From: a virus | Lineage: Duplodnaviria; Caudoviricetes | Strand: one strand, 5' to 3' | Virus record (IMG/VR): IMGVR_UViG_3300033067_001397 | Coordinates: 1 to 27,144 of that record | DNA length: 27,144 nt | Part shown: positions 7,369-16,472 of the stretch, piece by piece | Layout of the letters: every line of letters begins with the position of its first letter | How positions within the stretch are numbered: the stretch's first letter is position 1 | Made by a program: the position numbers and the translations under genes | Notes under the pieces: generated by a model | The model's database searches: none | Told to the model about the DNA's origin: nothing | What the model saw: only the letters and a program-made list of their open reading frames with translations

Positions 7369-7793
7369 TACTCGAAGCCTCCCCCGCCCACGGGCGGGCC
7401 TGTCGATGGGCCGATGGTTCCGGTGCCTCCGCCACCACCGGGCGGCGGGATGACGTTGGGCGGGTTGCCGGGTGTCCCGGGCGGACGCGGCCGCGCCCCG
7501 GTGCCGCCGGAGCCGTCGGAGCCTCCGCAGTCGGCCAGTGTTTCGCAGGGGCCAAACGCGACGACGGACCACGGCCCGTTGTTCTTCCACGCCATACATG
7601 GGGTGCCCGCTGGCATGGCGAGCGTGTCCCACGCCTCGGACCACCGCGCGTTCTTCAGGCGGATTTCGCTGAAGGTGATCGGGCCGTCCGGCCCGTTGAA
7701 ACGGCATGTGTACGTCCGCTGGTATGACGGACCCACCGCCGGGCCTTGCGACTCGACCACCGCGCCGAACATGATTTCGGGTGCGCGGCTCAT
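7368..7793 (-). CDS. Putative tail tip protein with Gly/Pro-rich C-terminal tail
   Basis: ATGA overlap at 7790..7793; position in the tail module. Confidence 0.7.
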   Translation of the reverse strand: MSRAPEIMFGAVVESQGPAVGPSYQRTYTCRFNGPDGPITFSEIRLKNARWSEAWDTLAMPAGTPCMAWKNNGPWSVVAFGPCETLADCGGSDGSGGTGARPRPPGTPGNPPNVIPPPGGGGGTGTIGPSTGPPVGGGGFE

Positions 7794-8629
7794 AGCGGCG
7801 GCATCCCCGGGAGTTGTCGCCATTCGGAAGCGAACGTGGCGGGTCCGATGATTCCGAGAATGTCCACCGGGATGTTCTCGGGGTCGTCGGAGCGGGTGGT
7901 GGTGAACTCCTCGAACGGCAGGCGTAAGAGCCGTTCATTCACCGGCCGGTTACTCGGGCTGAGAATCACGCTCTTTGCCGTCGAGCGGGGCGTGGGCCAC
8001 GGCGTACCAGGGTCGCCAACCCACTCGTACACCAACGTCCAAAATCCGTCGCCTTCCTCGCGGGCGTCGGTCATCCCGACGAACTGCCGCGGCTCGCCCT
8101 GAACGATGTGGATGTGGTCGATCATCGAGACGTGCAGATTCAGGAACGCCTCATCCAGAATCTTCACGTAGGTTTCAAGGCGGTGCAGGCGCAGCGTGAG
8201 CGGGGCCTTCCACGTTGCGATACGCCACAACTCCGCCCACCGCGACAGATTCTCCCCGTTGGGTCCGGTGTTGCTGATTTCCTCGAGCGCGAGCGTGTTG
8301 ATCGGAATGTCGATGGTGGTTTTCTTCCCGCGAACCGGGGACGACTTGTACCACCCCTCCCGCTTCTGCAACCGCGTCGGCGGCCCCTTGAATCGCCCGT
8401 CGCTGGAGTAGTACGCGGTGATTTCGGTATTCACCCCGTCGCAGTCGTCCGCGAATCGGTCAAGCAGAAGATTTTCCTCGTCCCAGTGCGGCGAACCGCG
8501 CTCGGGGATGCCGGTCGCGTCGTACGCCTCCTTGCGCGAGTTGGTGACGACCACCCACCGCTCAACGCGCGAGCCCGCGTCGGTGGTTCGGTCGCCGCTC
8601 ACGCTGGCGAGTTTCGTTGCAACTGCCAT
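7790..8629 (-). CDS. Putative distal tail or hub protein
   Basis: TAATG overlap directly after the tape measure gene; function inferred from position only. Confidence 0.65.
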   Translation of the reverse strand: MAVATKLASVSGDRTTDAGSRVERWVVVTNSRKEAYDATGIPERGSPHWDEENLLLDRFADDCDGVNTEITAYYSSDGRFKGPPTRLQKREGWYKSSPVRGKKTTIDIPINTLALEEISNTGPNGENLSRWAELWRIATWKAPLTLRLHRLETYVKILDEAFLNLHVSMIDHIHIVQGEPRQFVGMTDAREEGDGFWTLVYEWVGDPGTPWPTPRSTAKSVILSPSNRPVNERLLRLPFEEFTTTRSDDPENIPVDILGIIGPATFASEWRQLPGMPPL

Positions 8630-9684
8630 TAGAGCGGCCCCCCTGTTCGAGCTTCGATGGCCTGTAGAAGCTGCGCGATCTGGCCCACCGCGACTTCAAG
8701 ACCGCTGGTGTTGTTCACGCTCTGGGCCTCGCGGTTGATGCTTTGGAACACCTGGCGGATGGCGTCGGCGTTGGACTTGGCGATCTTGTCGGCGGCTTGC
8801 GCCTGCGCGTCGGCGGCGGCTTCTAGGGCGCGGATTTCGGAGTTCACCCGCTCCACCTCGCGCCGCTTGTATTCGGCCACCGACACTTCGGTAGCCTTCT
8901 TCTCCATTGCAATCGTCGCGTCGAGCGTCGATTTCGCCCGCGCACTGGTCGCGGCGTCGCGGAGGGTTTCGAGCTTGGCGATGCTCTGGCGTCCCGCCTC
9001 AACAATGCGCGCCTCGCCGTCGAGCGTGCGGAGGTACGCGGCGTTGTAAGCCTCTTGCGCGGCCGCGGCTTCGGCGTTGATCTTCTCGGTACGGGCCTTC
9101 TTCTCAATATCGGCCCGCTTGCGTTCGAGTTCCTTGGCGGCGGGGATGAGAGTGCTGGCTGTGAGATTGGCGATCAGGTTGACACGCTTGGTGGTTTCCT
9201 CAGCAATCTTCTCGTCCGAGATGTCCAACCCGAACAGCGCCAACAGCGTTCGCGTGTTGTCTTTGTACTGCGCCTCTGCCGCCGCGTTGAGTTGCTGCAG
9301 CGCGGTCTGCGCCTTTGTTCCAACGTCGCGCAGCGCATCGCCAAAAGCACCGCCTCTCCCAGCGGTGACGGCCGAGCGTGCCGTATTCTCAAAGCTGCGG
9401 GTGATATCGTCGAGCGACGCGCGGAACGCATCGCCCTTCGTCCGCCACATCTCGATCAGGTCAACCACCCGCAACGCCGCGCCGATGAATGCGGCCGGAA
9501 CCACCAACTTGCTCAGCACCCCGCGCAGACTGGTCACTCCCGCCGTCATCCGCGCGAACGCAGATTCGCCCTTGCTGCCCGAGTCGTTGAGGCTGTTCAG
9601 GTTGGCCTGCGTCTCGCCAACCTTTTTCTTCACGTCCTCGGCGTCGGCTTCGATCTTGATTGTGGCCTTGGCGATTTCAGGCAT
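8629..9684 (-). CDS. Tape measure protein, short (351 aa)
   Basis: IAKATIKIEAD N-terminus, Ala-rich helical/coiled-coil body, one hydrophobic stretch, downstream of the tube gene. Confidence 0.8.
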   Translation of the reverse strand: MPEIAKATIKIEADAEDVKKKVGETQANLNSLNDSGSKGESAFARMTAGVTSLRGVLSKLVVPAAFIGAALRVVDLIEMWRTKGDAFRASLDDITRSFENTARSAVTAGRGGAFGDALRDVGTKAQTALQQLNAAAEAQYKDNTRTLLALFGLDISDEKIAEETTKRVNLIANLTASTLIPAAKELERKRADIEKKARTEKINAEAAAAQEAYNAAYLRTLDGEARIVEAGRQSIAKLETLRDAATSARAKSTLDATIAMEKKATEVSVAEYKRREVERVNSEIRALEAAADAQAQAADKIAKSNADAIRQVFQSINREAQSVNNTSGLEVAVGQIAQLLQAIEARTGGPL

Positions 9685-9790
9685 GTTCGGTATCCCCTAG
9701 GGGTGTGGAATACCGATGGGTGCGCGCCGAAGATTGCCCGCCGCGTCTCTCTTTGGTGGAGGACGGGGAGCAACCGCGAGGAGTCACGCC

Positions 9791-10198
9791 ATGCCATCGT
9801 TCAATGTCACGGCCCGCGAGAACGGGCACACGAGCGTCCGCGTCGTCGTCGCGGATACCGCCGACAACGCCCGCCTTGTGGCGGAGGCTGGCGGCTCCGA
9901 AGTGATCGGGCGTCCGGTGTTGGTGACGCATCCGGTGGCCGGTGACGACGAGGCCACCGCGACGGAAGACGAATGGCGTGTCCGTCTTGGCTCCGCCGCG
10001 ATGCGCCTCGTGGTCATCGGCGTTATTTTCCCGCCGCTCTGTTGGGTTGGGCTCGTTCTCGGCGCTGTCGCGGATACCAGACTCGGCCGCGCGGCTTACT
10101 GGATCGGGCTGTGCGTGATTCCGCTCCAACTCTTCGCATGGTTTGTTTTCAACTCTGCGTTTGCCGCCGATGCAGCATACCGCGCATTCGGACGGTGA
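9791..10198 (+). CDS. Opposite-strand membrane protein (moron-like), 135 aa
   Basis: GAGGAG SD before ATG 9791; two or three hydrophobic segments in the C-terminal half. Confidence 0.8.
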   Translation: MPSFNVTARENGHTSVRVVVADTADNARLVAEAGGSEVIGRPVLVTHPVAGDDEATATEDEWRVRLGSAAMRLVVIGVIFPPLCWVGLVLGAVADTRLGRAAYWIGLCVIPLQLFAWFVFNSAFAADAAYRAFGR

Positions 10199-10249
10199 AT
10201 GCTGGTGCGCCAAGTTTGAGATGGACCGATATTGCTCCACTAACCCTCC

Positions 10250-11134
10250 TCACGGATAAACCGCCGTGCCCGCCGGGTTGGTAATGCTGCCCTGCGTCAT
10301 CGTGGAACTGATCGGGCTGTACGCGGACCACGTATACGAAGCGGTCAGTTCCTCGTAGTCGCCCGTCTCGATCTTCGCGCCCTGCCCCGAGACGCCATCA
10401 ACCAACACCTGCGACAAGTCCCATGAGTTCGTTGAGTCAACGAGCAGCGAGAGGATGCCGTATGCGCCGGGCGTCATCCGAGTCGCCGCCGTGGTCAACG
10501 CGACGTGATCCGAGTCCGCGAAGTTGACGGTCGCGGTGGCGGAGAGGATCGCGGACCCGGCAAGGCGGGTTTTCCACGGGGCGGACGACGGTACAACAAT
10601 GTCCTTTACGTCGGCGGTGATCTTCAGCGACCACCCGGTGACGTTGGGGATGTCGGCCTCGCTCCCGACGGTGCCGGACACCACGGGCGTCCAGGTCGCT
10701 TTGCAGCCAATCGACGAGTACGCCTTGGGTGCCGACGCATCGGTGACGGCCGCGCCGGAGGCGTGCGTGAGTGCCCCGTTGCCCGCGAACTCAATGGACC
10801 CCGACAGCCACCCGCCGCCCTTGATATCGCAGTTGACGGTGATCGCCGTCACGATGACGGTGCCGGTGTCCCGCGTCGCGCCGTTGTAGCCGATGAAGGC
10901 GTAGGACGACCCGGGGACGATCTGCGCCGCCGATGCGTTGAGGGCGTTGTTTCCGTACAGGTTGGCCGTTCCGGTCCAGTCCCGCACGCCGGGGAGCCCC
11001 ATCTTCGCCGCGGCGGTGTTGCTCGCGGAGTGGAGGACCGTGTTGGACGTTTCGTTGATGGTCCAGTCCGCGAGGGTTGAGACGGCTACGCCTCCCAGAG
11101 AGAGCCCGCCGCCGCGTCCGCTTGTGAGTGCCAT
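10250..11134 (-). CDS. Major tail (tube) protein with two tandem tube-like domains
   Basis: DWTINETS...WTGTANL...IEFAGNGALT tube-type pattern; second half repeats GWSLKITAD...ATATVNF. Confidence 0.75.
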   Translation of the reverse strand: MALTSGRGGGLSLGGVAVSTLADWTINETSNTVLHSASNTAAAKMGLPGVRDWTGTANLYGNNALNASAAQIVPGSSYAFIGYNGATRDTGTVIVTAITVNCDIKGGGWLSGSIEFAGNGALTHASGAAVTDASAPKAYSSIGCKATWTPVVSGTVGSEADIPNVTGWSLKITADVKDIVVPSSAPWKTRLAGSAILSATATVNFADSDHVALTTAATRMTPGAYGILSLLVDSTNSWDLSQVLVDGVSGQGAKIETGDYEELTASYTWSAYSPISSTMTQGSITNPAGTAVYP

Positions 11135-11147
11135 GATTGATTCCCTT

Positions 11148-11645
11148 TCAGGCGGTTGCGCCGATGAGGATGAGGCGATAGGAGGCGGTGAGGCTCCCGC
11201 TCGCGTTGGTGATGGAAACGGTGTCGGCGGTCTCCGCGGTGATCGGCCACGCCGTCGCGTCGGGCCGCATCACGAAGTAGACGCCGCCGGGCGCGAGCGT
11301 CACGGCGCCGGCACACCCGTTGTTCCCGCCGATGGTGATGTTCGCGCCGCCCACTGCCGACGAGTTCTCGACGTACAGGGCCTTGATGCGGGCGAATGTC
11401 ACGGCGTCCCCGAAGGCGTCGTAGACCGCCGTACCGCCCGCGAAGTCCAGCGAGAGCGACGTACTCGCGGGGAGCGTCGATTCGCGCTGGTAGGACTGGT
11501 TCGCGGTGTCGATGGCCGTGCCGTCCGCCAGCGACTTCGTGAAGAGGTAGTCGAGGTTGTCACGGGCCGCGCTGCCGGTGAGCAGGCCAGACGTTTTCTT
11601 GCCGATGGCCTTGATGTGCAGGCCGATGAATGTGGAGAGGTTCAA
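11148..11645 (-). CDS. Putative virion structural protein
   Basis: TTGA overlap with GAGG SD; DAFGDAVTFARIKALYV beta-rich motif. Confidence 0.75.
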   Translation of the reverse strand: MNLSTFIGLHIKAIGKKTSGLLTGSAARDNLDYLFTKSLADGTAIDTANQSYQRESTLPASTSLSLDFAGGTAVYDAFGDAVTFARIKALYVENSSAVGGANITIGGNNGCAGAVTLAPGGVYFVMRPDATAWPITAETADTVSITNASGSLTASYRLILIGATA

Positions 11646-12166
11646 GCGACTTCCTCCCGCGCCCGGGGCACGTTGAATGTGACGGTGGTAACGAACCGCC
11701 AGCCGGGAACGCCCGGGCCGTGGTCCTGGTTCGCGCCCCGCGAGTCACCGAAGGACGATTGGTCCACCTTCAGGTTGCCGAGCCCCACCACGTAGTTGCT
11801 GCCCATGAAGTGACGCGACACCGCCGTAAACAGGGCGTTCTTCACGGCGTTGATGGTTCGGCTGTTGGGGGCGTTGCTCGTCGCGCCGGTGCGGAGTTCG
11901 TCGGTCTTGACCGAGAACTCGTAGGTCTGTTGCACCATGAAGTTGGACGACGTGACCATCGTGCCCGCGACGTTGAGCCCGCCCCCCGCCGGTTCGATGC
12001 GGAGTTCTGGGAGGTCCGCGGCCGCCAGGTTGGTCCCGTTTGGCACCTCGGCCACGCCCGTCGTCTTGACGCGGTTCGCCACCTTCACGAGCGCGGTGAG
12101 TTCGGGGGTGCATTCGAGCGCACCCCAAAGCACAAGTTCCAGGCGGGTGAACAGGTCCGGGGTCAT
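11642..12166 (-). CDS. Putative tail terminator
   Basis: ATGA overlap; DLPELRI motif; position between gpG-like and tube genes. Confidence 0.65.
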   Translation of the reverse strand: MTPDLFTRLELVLWGALECTPELTALVKVANRVKTTGVAEVPNGTNLAAADLPELRIEPAGGGLNVAGTMVTSSNFMVQQTYEFSVKTDELRTGATSNAPNSRTINAVKNALFTAVSRHFMGSNYVVGLGNLKVDQSSFGDSRGANQDHGPGVPGWRFVTTVTFNVPRAREEVA

Positions 12167-12846
12167 TGGGCCTGCCCCCTCGCGGCCGTCGCCATGATCG
12201 CGCGGAGCAAGTCGCGGGACATGCTCACGCTGGTCGCTTGATCGGGCTGCACGAGGATTTCACGCTTGGGAAGACGCTTCCCGCCCTCGTTGTGGTACAT
12301 CGCAATCTGAGCAATCGACGCGGGCTCCCCGGGCGAATGCTGCACGCCAGCGAAGCCGAACTCGATACCCCAAGGGGTCGCGGCGTTGTAGTTTCCGGTC
12401 TGCCCGATGTTCAGGGCGCGGGCCATCACGCCGGTGTCTTGCAGAATCGACACGCTCCGCCCCGCTACCTCGACGATCTTGCTCCCTCGCGCCGTGTCCC
12501 GCGCGCGTGTAGAACCGCTGGCAACGCCATTACGTGCCCGCCGTGCGGCCCGCTTCTTGTCCGGGCCACGGCGTGCCTTGATGGTGGACAACGCCAACGG
12601 GGGCCAATCCCCGCCGCCGCGGGAGTACGTGTTGAACCGCTTGCGGATGAACGCGCTGTACCGGACGGTCCATTGCTTGCGCATCGCGTCCATCTCGGGG
12701 CCGCGCAGCCCGTTCTCGCCCGAACCGCCCGAACTCCCGCCCGCCGCCGCGATCGCGCCACCGCCACGGCCCGAGCCGCCACGCCCGCCGATGGCCTTCG
12801 CCATCGCCTGGAGTCCGCCGTCTTTGATCTTGACGGTCAGTTTCAA
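12163..12846 (-). CDS. Virion morphogenesis protein (Mu gpG / P2 gpS-like)
   Basis: WPPLALST...LQDTG...YHNEG...LPKR motifs; TTGA overlap and GGAGGT SD. Confidence 0.85.
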   Translation of the reverse strand: MKLTVKIKDGGLQAMAKAIGGRGGSGRGGGAIAAAGGSSGGSGENGLRGPEMDAMRKQWTVRYSAFIRKRFNTYSRGGGDWPPLALSTIKARRGPDKKRAARRARNGVASGSTRARDTARGSKIVEVAGRSVSILQDTGVMARALNIGQTGNYNAATPWGIEFGFAGVQHSPGEPASIAQIAMYHNEGGKRLPKREILVQPDQATSVSMSRDLLRAIMATAARGQAQ

Positions 12847-13247
12847 GACACCACCTCCGGGGCGGTGTGGGGGTACGAAACTGTGCCGGTGTCCATGACC
12901 CGCTGTCCCGCGAGGTACAGGTCCATCTCTTCCATGACCGCGCGGCGATGGCCGGACACGAGGTCTTCGGCGTTGGCGTCGTTGGCGCCGCGCGAGCCCC
13001 GCGACTGGTACAGCCACACCCCCGCCAACTTCGCGGCCCAGTCCTTCACGACGTACCCGACGGTGGTGAACGGCACGGTGTACCGCGAGCCGCGGAAACG
13101 GTCGTTGATCGTCTCTTCGGCGTACGCGATGGCCTGCGCCGTGCGGGTCGTGTCGGTCGTCTCCAGCGTGGGGTCGAGTTGGCTCCACTGCTGCACGTTG
13201 GACGTGCCGAACACGTACTCGATGTTGGTTTGAGTGATGTACGCCAT
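12843..13247 (-). CDS. Head-tail adaptor (Mu gp36 / DUF1320-like)
   Basis: MAYITQ..., AIAYAEETIND..., RYTVPF, LAGVWLY motifs; follows the capsid gene. Confidence 0.85.
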   Translation of the reverse strand: MAYITQTNIEYVFGTSNVQQWSQLDPTLETTDTTRTAQAIAYAEETINDRFRGSRYTVPFTTVGYVVKDWAAKLAGVWLYQSRGSRGANDANAEDLVSGHRRAVMEEMDLYLAGQRVMDTGTVSYPHTAPEVVS

Positions 13248-13252
13248 GAATG

Positions 13253-13285
13253 AAAAACGGCCGTAGCCGTTCCGGGCCACGGCCG
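13253..13285 (-). terminator. Intrinsic terminator after the major capsid gene
   Basis: CGGCCGTGGCC-cggaac-GGCTACGGCCG-TTTTT. Confidence 0.8.
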
Positions 13286-13306
13286 CTCATGGAGGATGGG
13301 ATTGGC

Positions 13307-14425
13307 TCAGAACACGACGGTGGCGATGAACACGGCCTCGGGGACCGGGAACCACGGCAGCACGCAGTCGCCGTACACCATCGTCGCGGCGACGGGGTTG
13401 AGGCCGGGGTTGAGGAAGGCGTAGGCATACTGGCCCTGCGCGTTGGAGAGGCTGTTGAGGACGGAGGTTGCGTCCGCCTCCACCGACAGCTTCGTCGGAA
13501 TCGGGGTCGTGCCGACGGTCATCTCGTACCAACCCGCGTTCGGGTCCGGCGTGAAGGTGATAACGTCCGCCGCGGAGAAGGTCTGGTTCGTGCCGCTGGA
13601 GTCCTCGTAGAACTGCTCGTGCAGCGGGTACCACTTCATGCCCAAGAACCCGTCGGGAATCTTCACGCCAGCGAACGCCGTCTGGAAGGCGTTGTTCGCG
13701 TTGATGAGGTCCATCGTCTGGTTGTTGTTGAGGAAGTAGTTGATGATGTTGGAGCCGTAGTACGCGGTCGTCAACTGCTGGCCGGTCAGCTTCTTGGACG
13801 CCGTGTTGATGTTCTGCATGTGCGTGATGATCTTGGCCGTCGAGTTGGCCCAGGATTCGGTCACGAGGTTCGCGCTGGACGCGCCGCGGGCGATCTGCGA
13901 CTTGTTGGCGGCGGGCACGCCGAGGTCGATGGACACCACCGCGCTCGAGGACGAAGGCAACATGTCGCCGTTGCCGTCGTAGTACAACGCTCCGAGGGCG
14001 AGCGAAGACGACACGGCGGCAACGCGGGAGTTCTGCACCTCTTGCGCGGCGATCTTGACGCGGCGGCCCACCTCGTCCTGAGCGATCTGCGAAGTCATCG
14101 CGTCGGACGACTGAATGCTCATCAACGTGTCGGCCTTGACTTCGAGCGTGTTCTTGAAGTTGAGCAGCTTGATGGACTGCTCGCCCACGCCGATGGTCGC
14201 CCGCTTCACGGCCGGGGCGTCGCGGTGCGCCTGGCTGGCCGTGCGGCGTGAACCGCGCTGCGTGATGAAGGTTGCCGAGTCACCGACGACGTTGCGGAGC
14301 ATCGCGCCGGTGGGGTTGACGAGTTCGTTCGGAAGACCCCCGGTGGGCAGGCCCATCGTGGTCTTTTGGATCGCGCCGGAGAGAACCCGGCTGTTCAGGA
14401 TTGCTTCGATGGTGGTTCCGGCCAT
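13307..14425 (-). CDS. Major capsid protein (lambda gpE-like)
   Basis: 372 aa, after the decoration gene, followed by a terminator; IDLGVPAANK...W and C-terminal LP..PVPEAVFIATV patterns. Confidence 0.85.
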   Translation of the reverse strand: MAGTTIEAILNSRVLSGAIQKTTMGLPTGGLPNELVNPTGAMLRNVVGDSATFITQRGSRRTASQAHRDAPAVKRATIGVGEQSIKLLNFKNTLEVKADTLMSIQSSDAMTSQIAQDEVGRRVKIAAQEVQNSRVAAVSSSLALGALYYDGNGDMLPSSSSAVVSIDLGVPAANKSQIARGASSANLVTESWANSTAKIITHMQNINTASKKLTGQQLTTAYYGSNIINYFLNNNQTMDLINANNAFQTAFAGVKIPDGFLGMKWYPLHEQFYEDSSGTNQTFSAADVITFTPDPNAGWYEMTVGTTPIPTKLSVEADATSVLNSLSNAQGQYAYAFLNPGLNPVAATMVYGDCVLPWFPVPEAVFIATVVF

Positions 14426-14496
14426 AGGTGGTGTCCTTCAGGATTTGGCCGCTTTCGCCGCGGCCGGTGCGGGTGGGTGCGTGGTGATGGCGCGGC

Positions 14497-15207
14497 TTAC
14501 ATGCCGAAGCCGTCGTCGAATCGGAATCCGTAGTTGCTCGCGTTGTTCAGCCAGGTCTTGATCTGCGCGATCATCGTGGTTTCGGTGCTGACCGGCCAGC
14601 CGATGATCTGCGAGGAATCAAGGTCGCCGCCGATCAACAGATTGCCGTACGACTGGTCCGCGCGAGTGCCGTAGTTGTCCGACACCTTGACGCCCGATCC
14701 GTCGTCGATGATGCCCAGCGGGGTTTCGCTGCCGTCGGCGGGCATGATCCACGAGCCGGAAATCTTGTTGACGTTGAGGTCGCCGCAGGTCAGGGTGGTT
14801 CCGCTCGCGGCGGTGACGGTGATCGAGGTCGAGACGATGGAACCGGCGGCGGACGCGGGGCCGACGAACTTCAGCGACACCGAACCGCCCGCGACGGTGA
14901 TGAGGCGGGCGACGGCCGTTGCGGTCGCGGCGGCCACGGTAATCGTGGTGTCGTTGTCCGCGTACGCGGCGGTCGAAACGCCGATGATCGACGGGCGCCA
15001 CTTGCCGCCGGTGGTGATCCGGCCCATCAGCGTGCCGGGGCGGAGAACGTCGGGGTACCCGGTGTTGCCGGGGTCGTCCGACTTGCTGCCGTCGATGATG
15101 ACGCCGCCCGCGAAGTACGCGAGGCCCTGCTGTGAGCGGCGGACGTTGCGGGCTTCCGCGCGGTACTCGGTCCCGATTCCAGGCATTCCGTTGATGACAT
15201 GAGGCAT
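14497..15207 (-). CDS. Head decoration protein with an inserted beta domain
   Basis: LRPGTLMGRITTGGKW and DGSETPLGII motifs; between scaffold and capsid genes. Confidence 0.8.
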   Translation of the reverse strand: MPHVINGMPGIGTEYRAEARNVRRSQQGLAYFAGGVIIDGSKSDDPGNTGYPDVLRPGTLMGRITTGGKWRPSIIGVSTAAYADNDTTITVAAATATAVARLITVAGGSVSLKFVGPASAAGSIVSTSITVTAASGTTLTCGDLNVNKISGSWIMPADGSETPLGIIDDGSGVKVSDNYGTRADQSYGNLLIGGDLDSSQIIGWPVSTETTMIAQIKTWLNNASNYGFRFDDGFGM

Positions 15208-15242
15208 GGTCTAACTCCGTGTGGGTGCGGTGGGTGAATGCC

Positions 15243-15749
15243 TCAGCGGGCGAGGCGTGCGATCAGAGCGGCTTCGGCGGCGGCGTCGGGCTTCGTGTTG
15301 TCCGGCGTCACGCGGGAAAGGGCGATGGACTGCGAGTTGAACTTCTCCGCGAGTTCCTTGGGGTCGTTGGCCTTGAGCGCCGCAATCACGGCGTCGAAAC
15401 GGGCGTCGTTTGCTGGGTCAAGGCTCAGGGCGATGGCGTCTCCGTCCACGAACGCGGCGGACAGCGCCTTCGCACAAGCGGGGGTGGCGTGGCCGGAGGT
15501 CACGAGGGCCGCGATGTCCTGCGAGCGGACGCGGCCGGTGAGCTTCAGCACCTGGGGGTCGGGCTTGGCGTTCTTCGCGGCGAGCGATGCGGCCAACGCG
15601 CCGTCGGCCTTCGCAGCCGCGGCCTTGGCGTTGCTCATCTCGGTCGCCATCTCGCCGCACTTGGCGGTGATGGCGTCGGTCAGGGCGGTTTCGTCGAGGC
15701 CGTCGGTGGGGATGCCAAGCGCGGCGGCGATCTTCAACAGGGCTTCCAT
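15243..15749 (-). CDS. Nested in-frame scaffolding protein (Mu gpZ-like), 168 aa
   Basis: GGAG-8 nt-ATG internal start giving MEALLKIAAALG; helical Ala-rich sequence. Confidence 0.7.
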   Translation of the reverse strand: MEALLKIAAALGIPTDGLDETALTDAITAKCGEMATEMSNAKAAAAKADGALAASLAAKNAKPDPQVLKLTGRVRSQDIAALVTSGHATPACAKALSAAFVDGDAIALSLDPANDARFDAVIAALKANDPKELAEKFNSQSIALSRVTPDNTKPDAAAEAALIARLAR

Positions 15750-16406
15750 GATGTTTGCTCCGGGTGCGGCCAGCGTGAGAACCGGCACTTGGGTTACAAC
15801 GCCGTCAAGACTGGCGGCGATGGGGACGAACGGCTTCAACCCGGACACGACCGGGTAAGAGGTAATCGCTACGTGTGTGATGGGGCGGGCGTACTTGTTG
15901 CCCTTGCCGTCGGTGAACGCGGGGGGCACGTAGACCGACACGTCGTTGCGGCCCGCCAGCGCGATGGCGTCAGGGCCGATCAGTTCGATCTTGCCGCGAA
16001 GCACGTCGCCGTCGCGGAACATGCCGCGCACGTACCCGCGGTTAGCGGCGGCTTCGGTGGTGTGTCCCTCGGGGACCGGCACCCGCACGCCGTTCGCGTC
16101 CATCAGTGAGAACATCGCGGCCCAGTGGTCCAGGTCGTCGATGGTCACGTCGAACGCCTGCCCGTCGGCGGGGTTGATGTACGTGCCAACGCGGATCAGG
16201 TCTTTCAGGAACGTCTGCGAGGGCTTGCCGTCGGTCGTCGCGGCGGCTGCGGCGCACACGAACGCGGACGGGGCGGACGACAGCACCGAGCCCGCGTCGA
16301 GTTGCGAGTCAGAAAAACGCCGCGCGGCGGCGAGTCCGCGCGGCGTCGAGGTCCGGCAAAGGCCGGTTGGGTTGGCTTGTTTGGTTGTGCGTGCGGTCGT
16401 ACGCAA
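15243..16406 (-). CDS. Prohead protease/scaffold (Mu gpI-like), TTG start
   Basis: LIRVGTY, VPVPEGH, VSVY, ITHVAITSYPVVSGLKP motifs; GGAG SD 7 nt before TTG. Confidence 0.85.
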   Translation of the reverse strand: MRTTARTTKQANPTGLCRTSTPRGLAAARRFSDSQLDAGSVLSSAPSAFVCAAAAATTDGKPSQTFLKDLIRVGTYINPADGQAFDVTIDDLDHWAAMFSLMDANGVRVPVPEGHTTEAAANRGYVRGMFRDGDVLRGKIELIGPDAIALAGRNDVSVYVPPAFTDGKGNKYARPITHVAITSYPVVSGLKPFVPIAASLDGVVTQVPVLTLAAPGANIMEALLKIAAALGIPTDGLDETALTDAITAKCGEMATEMSNAKAAAAKADGALAASLAAKNAKPDPQVLKLTGRVRSQDIAALVTSGHATPACAKALSAAFVDGDAIALSLDPANDARFDAVIAALKANDPKELAEKFNSQSIALSRVTPDNTKPDAAAEAALIARLAR

Positions 16407-16472
16407 ACACGGGCTCCGGGTGGAGCCTTTGCGCGAACCTCAATCGGCACCGTATCGCGTTGGCGTGTCCAG

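Noticed and set aside
9677-10240. Minus-strand 187-aa ORF as the missing tail chaperone
   Set aside because: Reads as the antisense shadow of the plus-strand membrane gene, which has a clear SD and coherent domains; not fully excluded
12847-13428. N-terminal extension of the 421-aa ORF
   Set aside because: Overlaps the adaptor and capsid genes; the likely start is TTG at 12846
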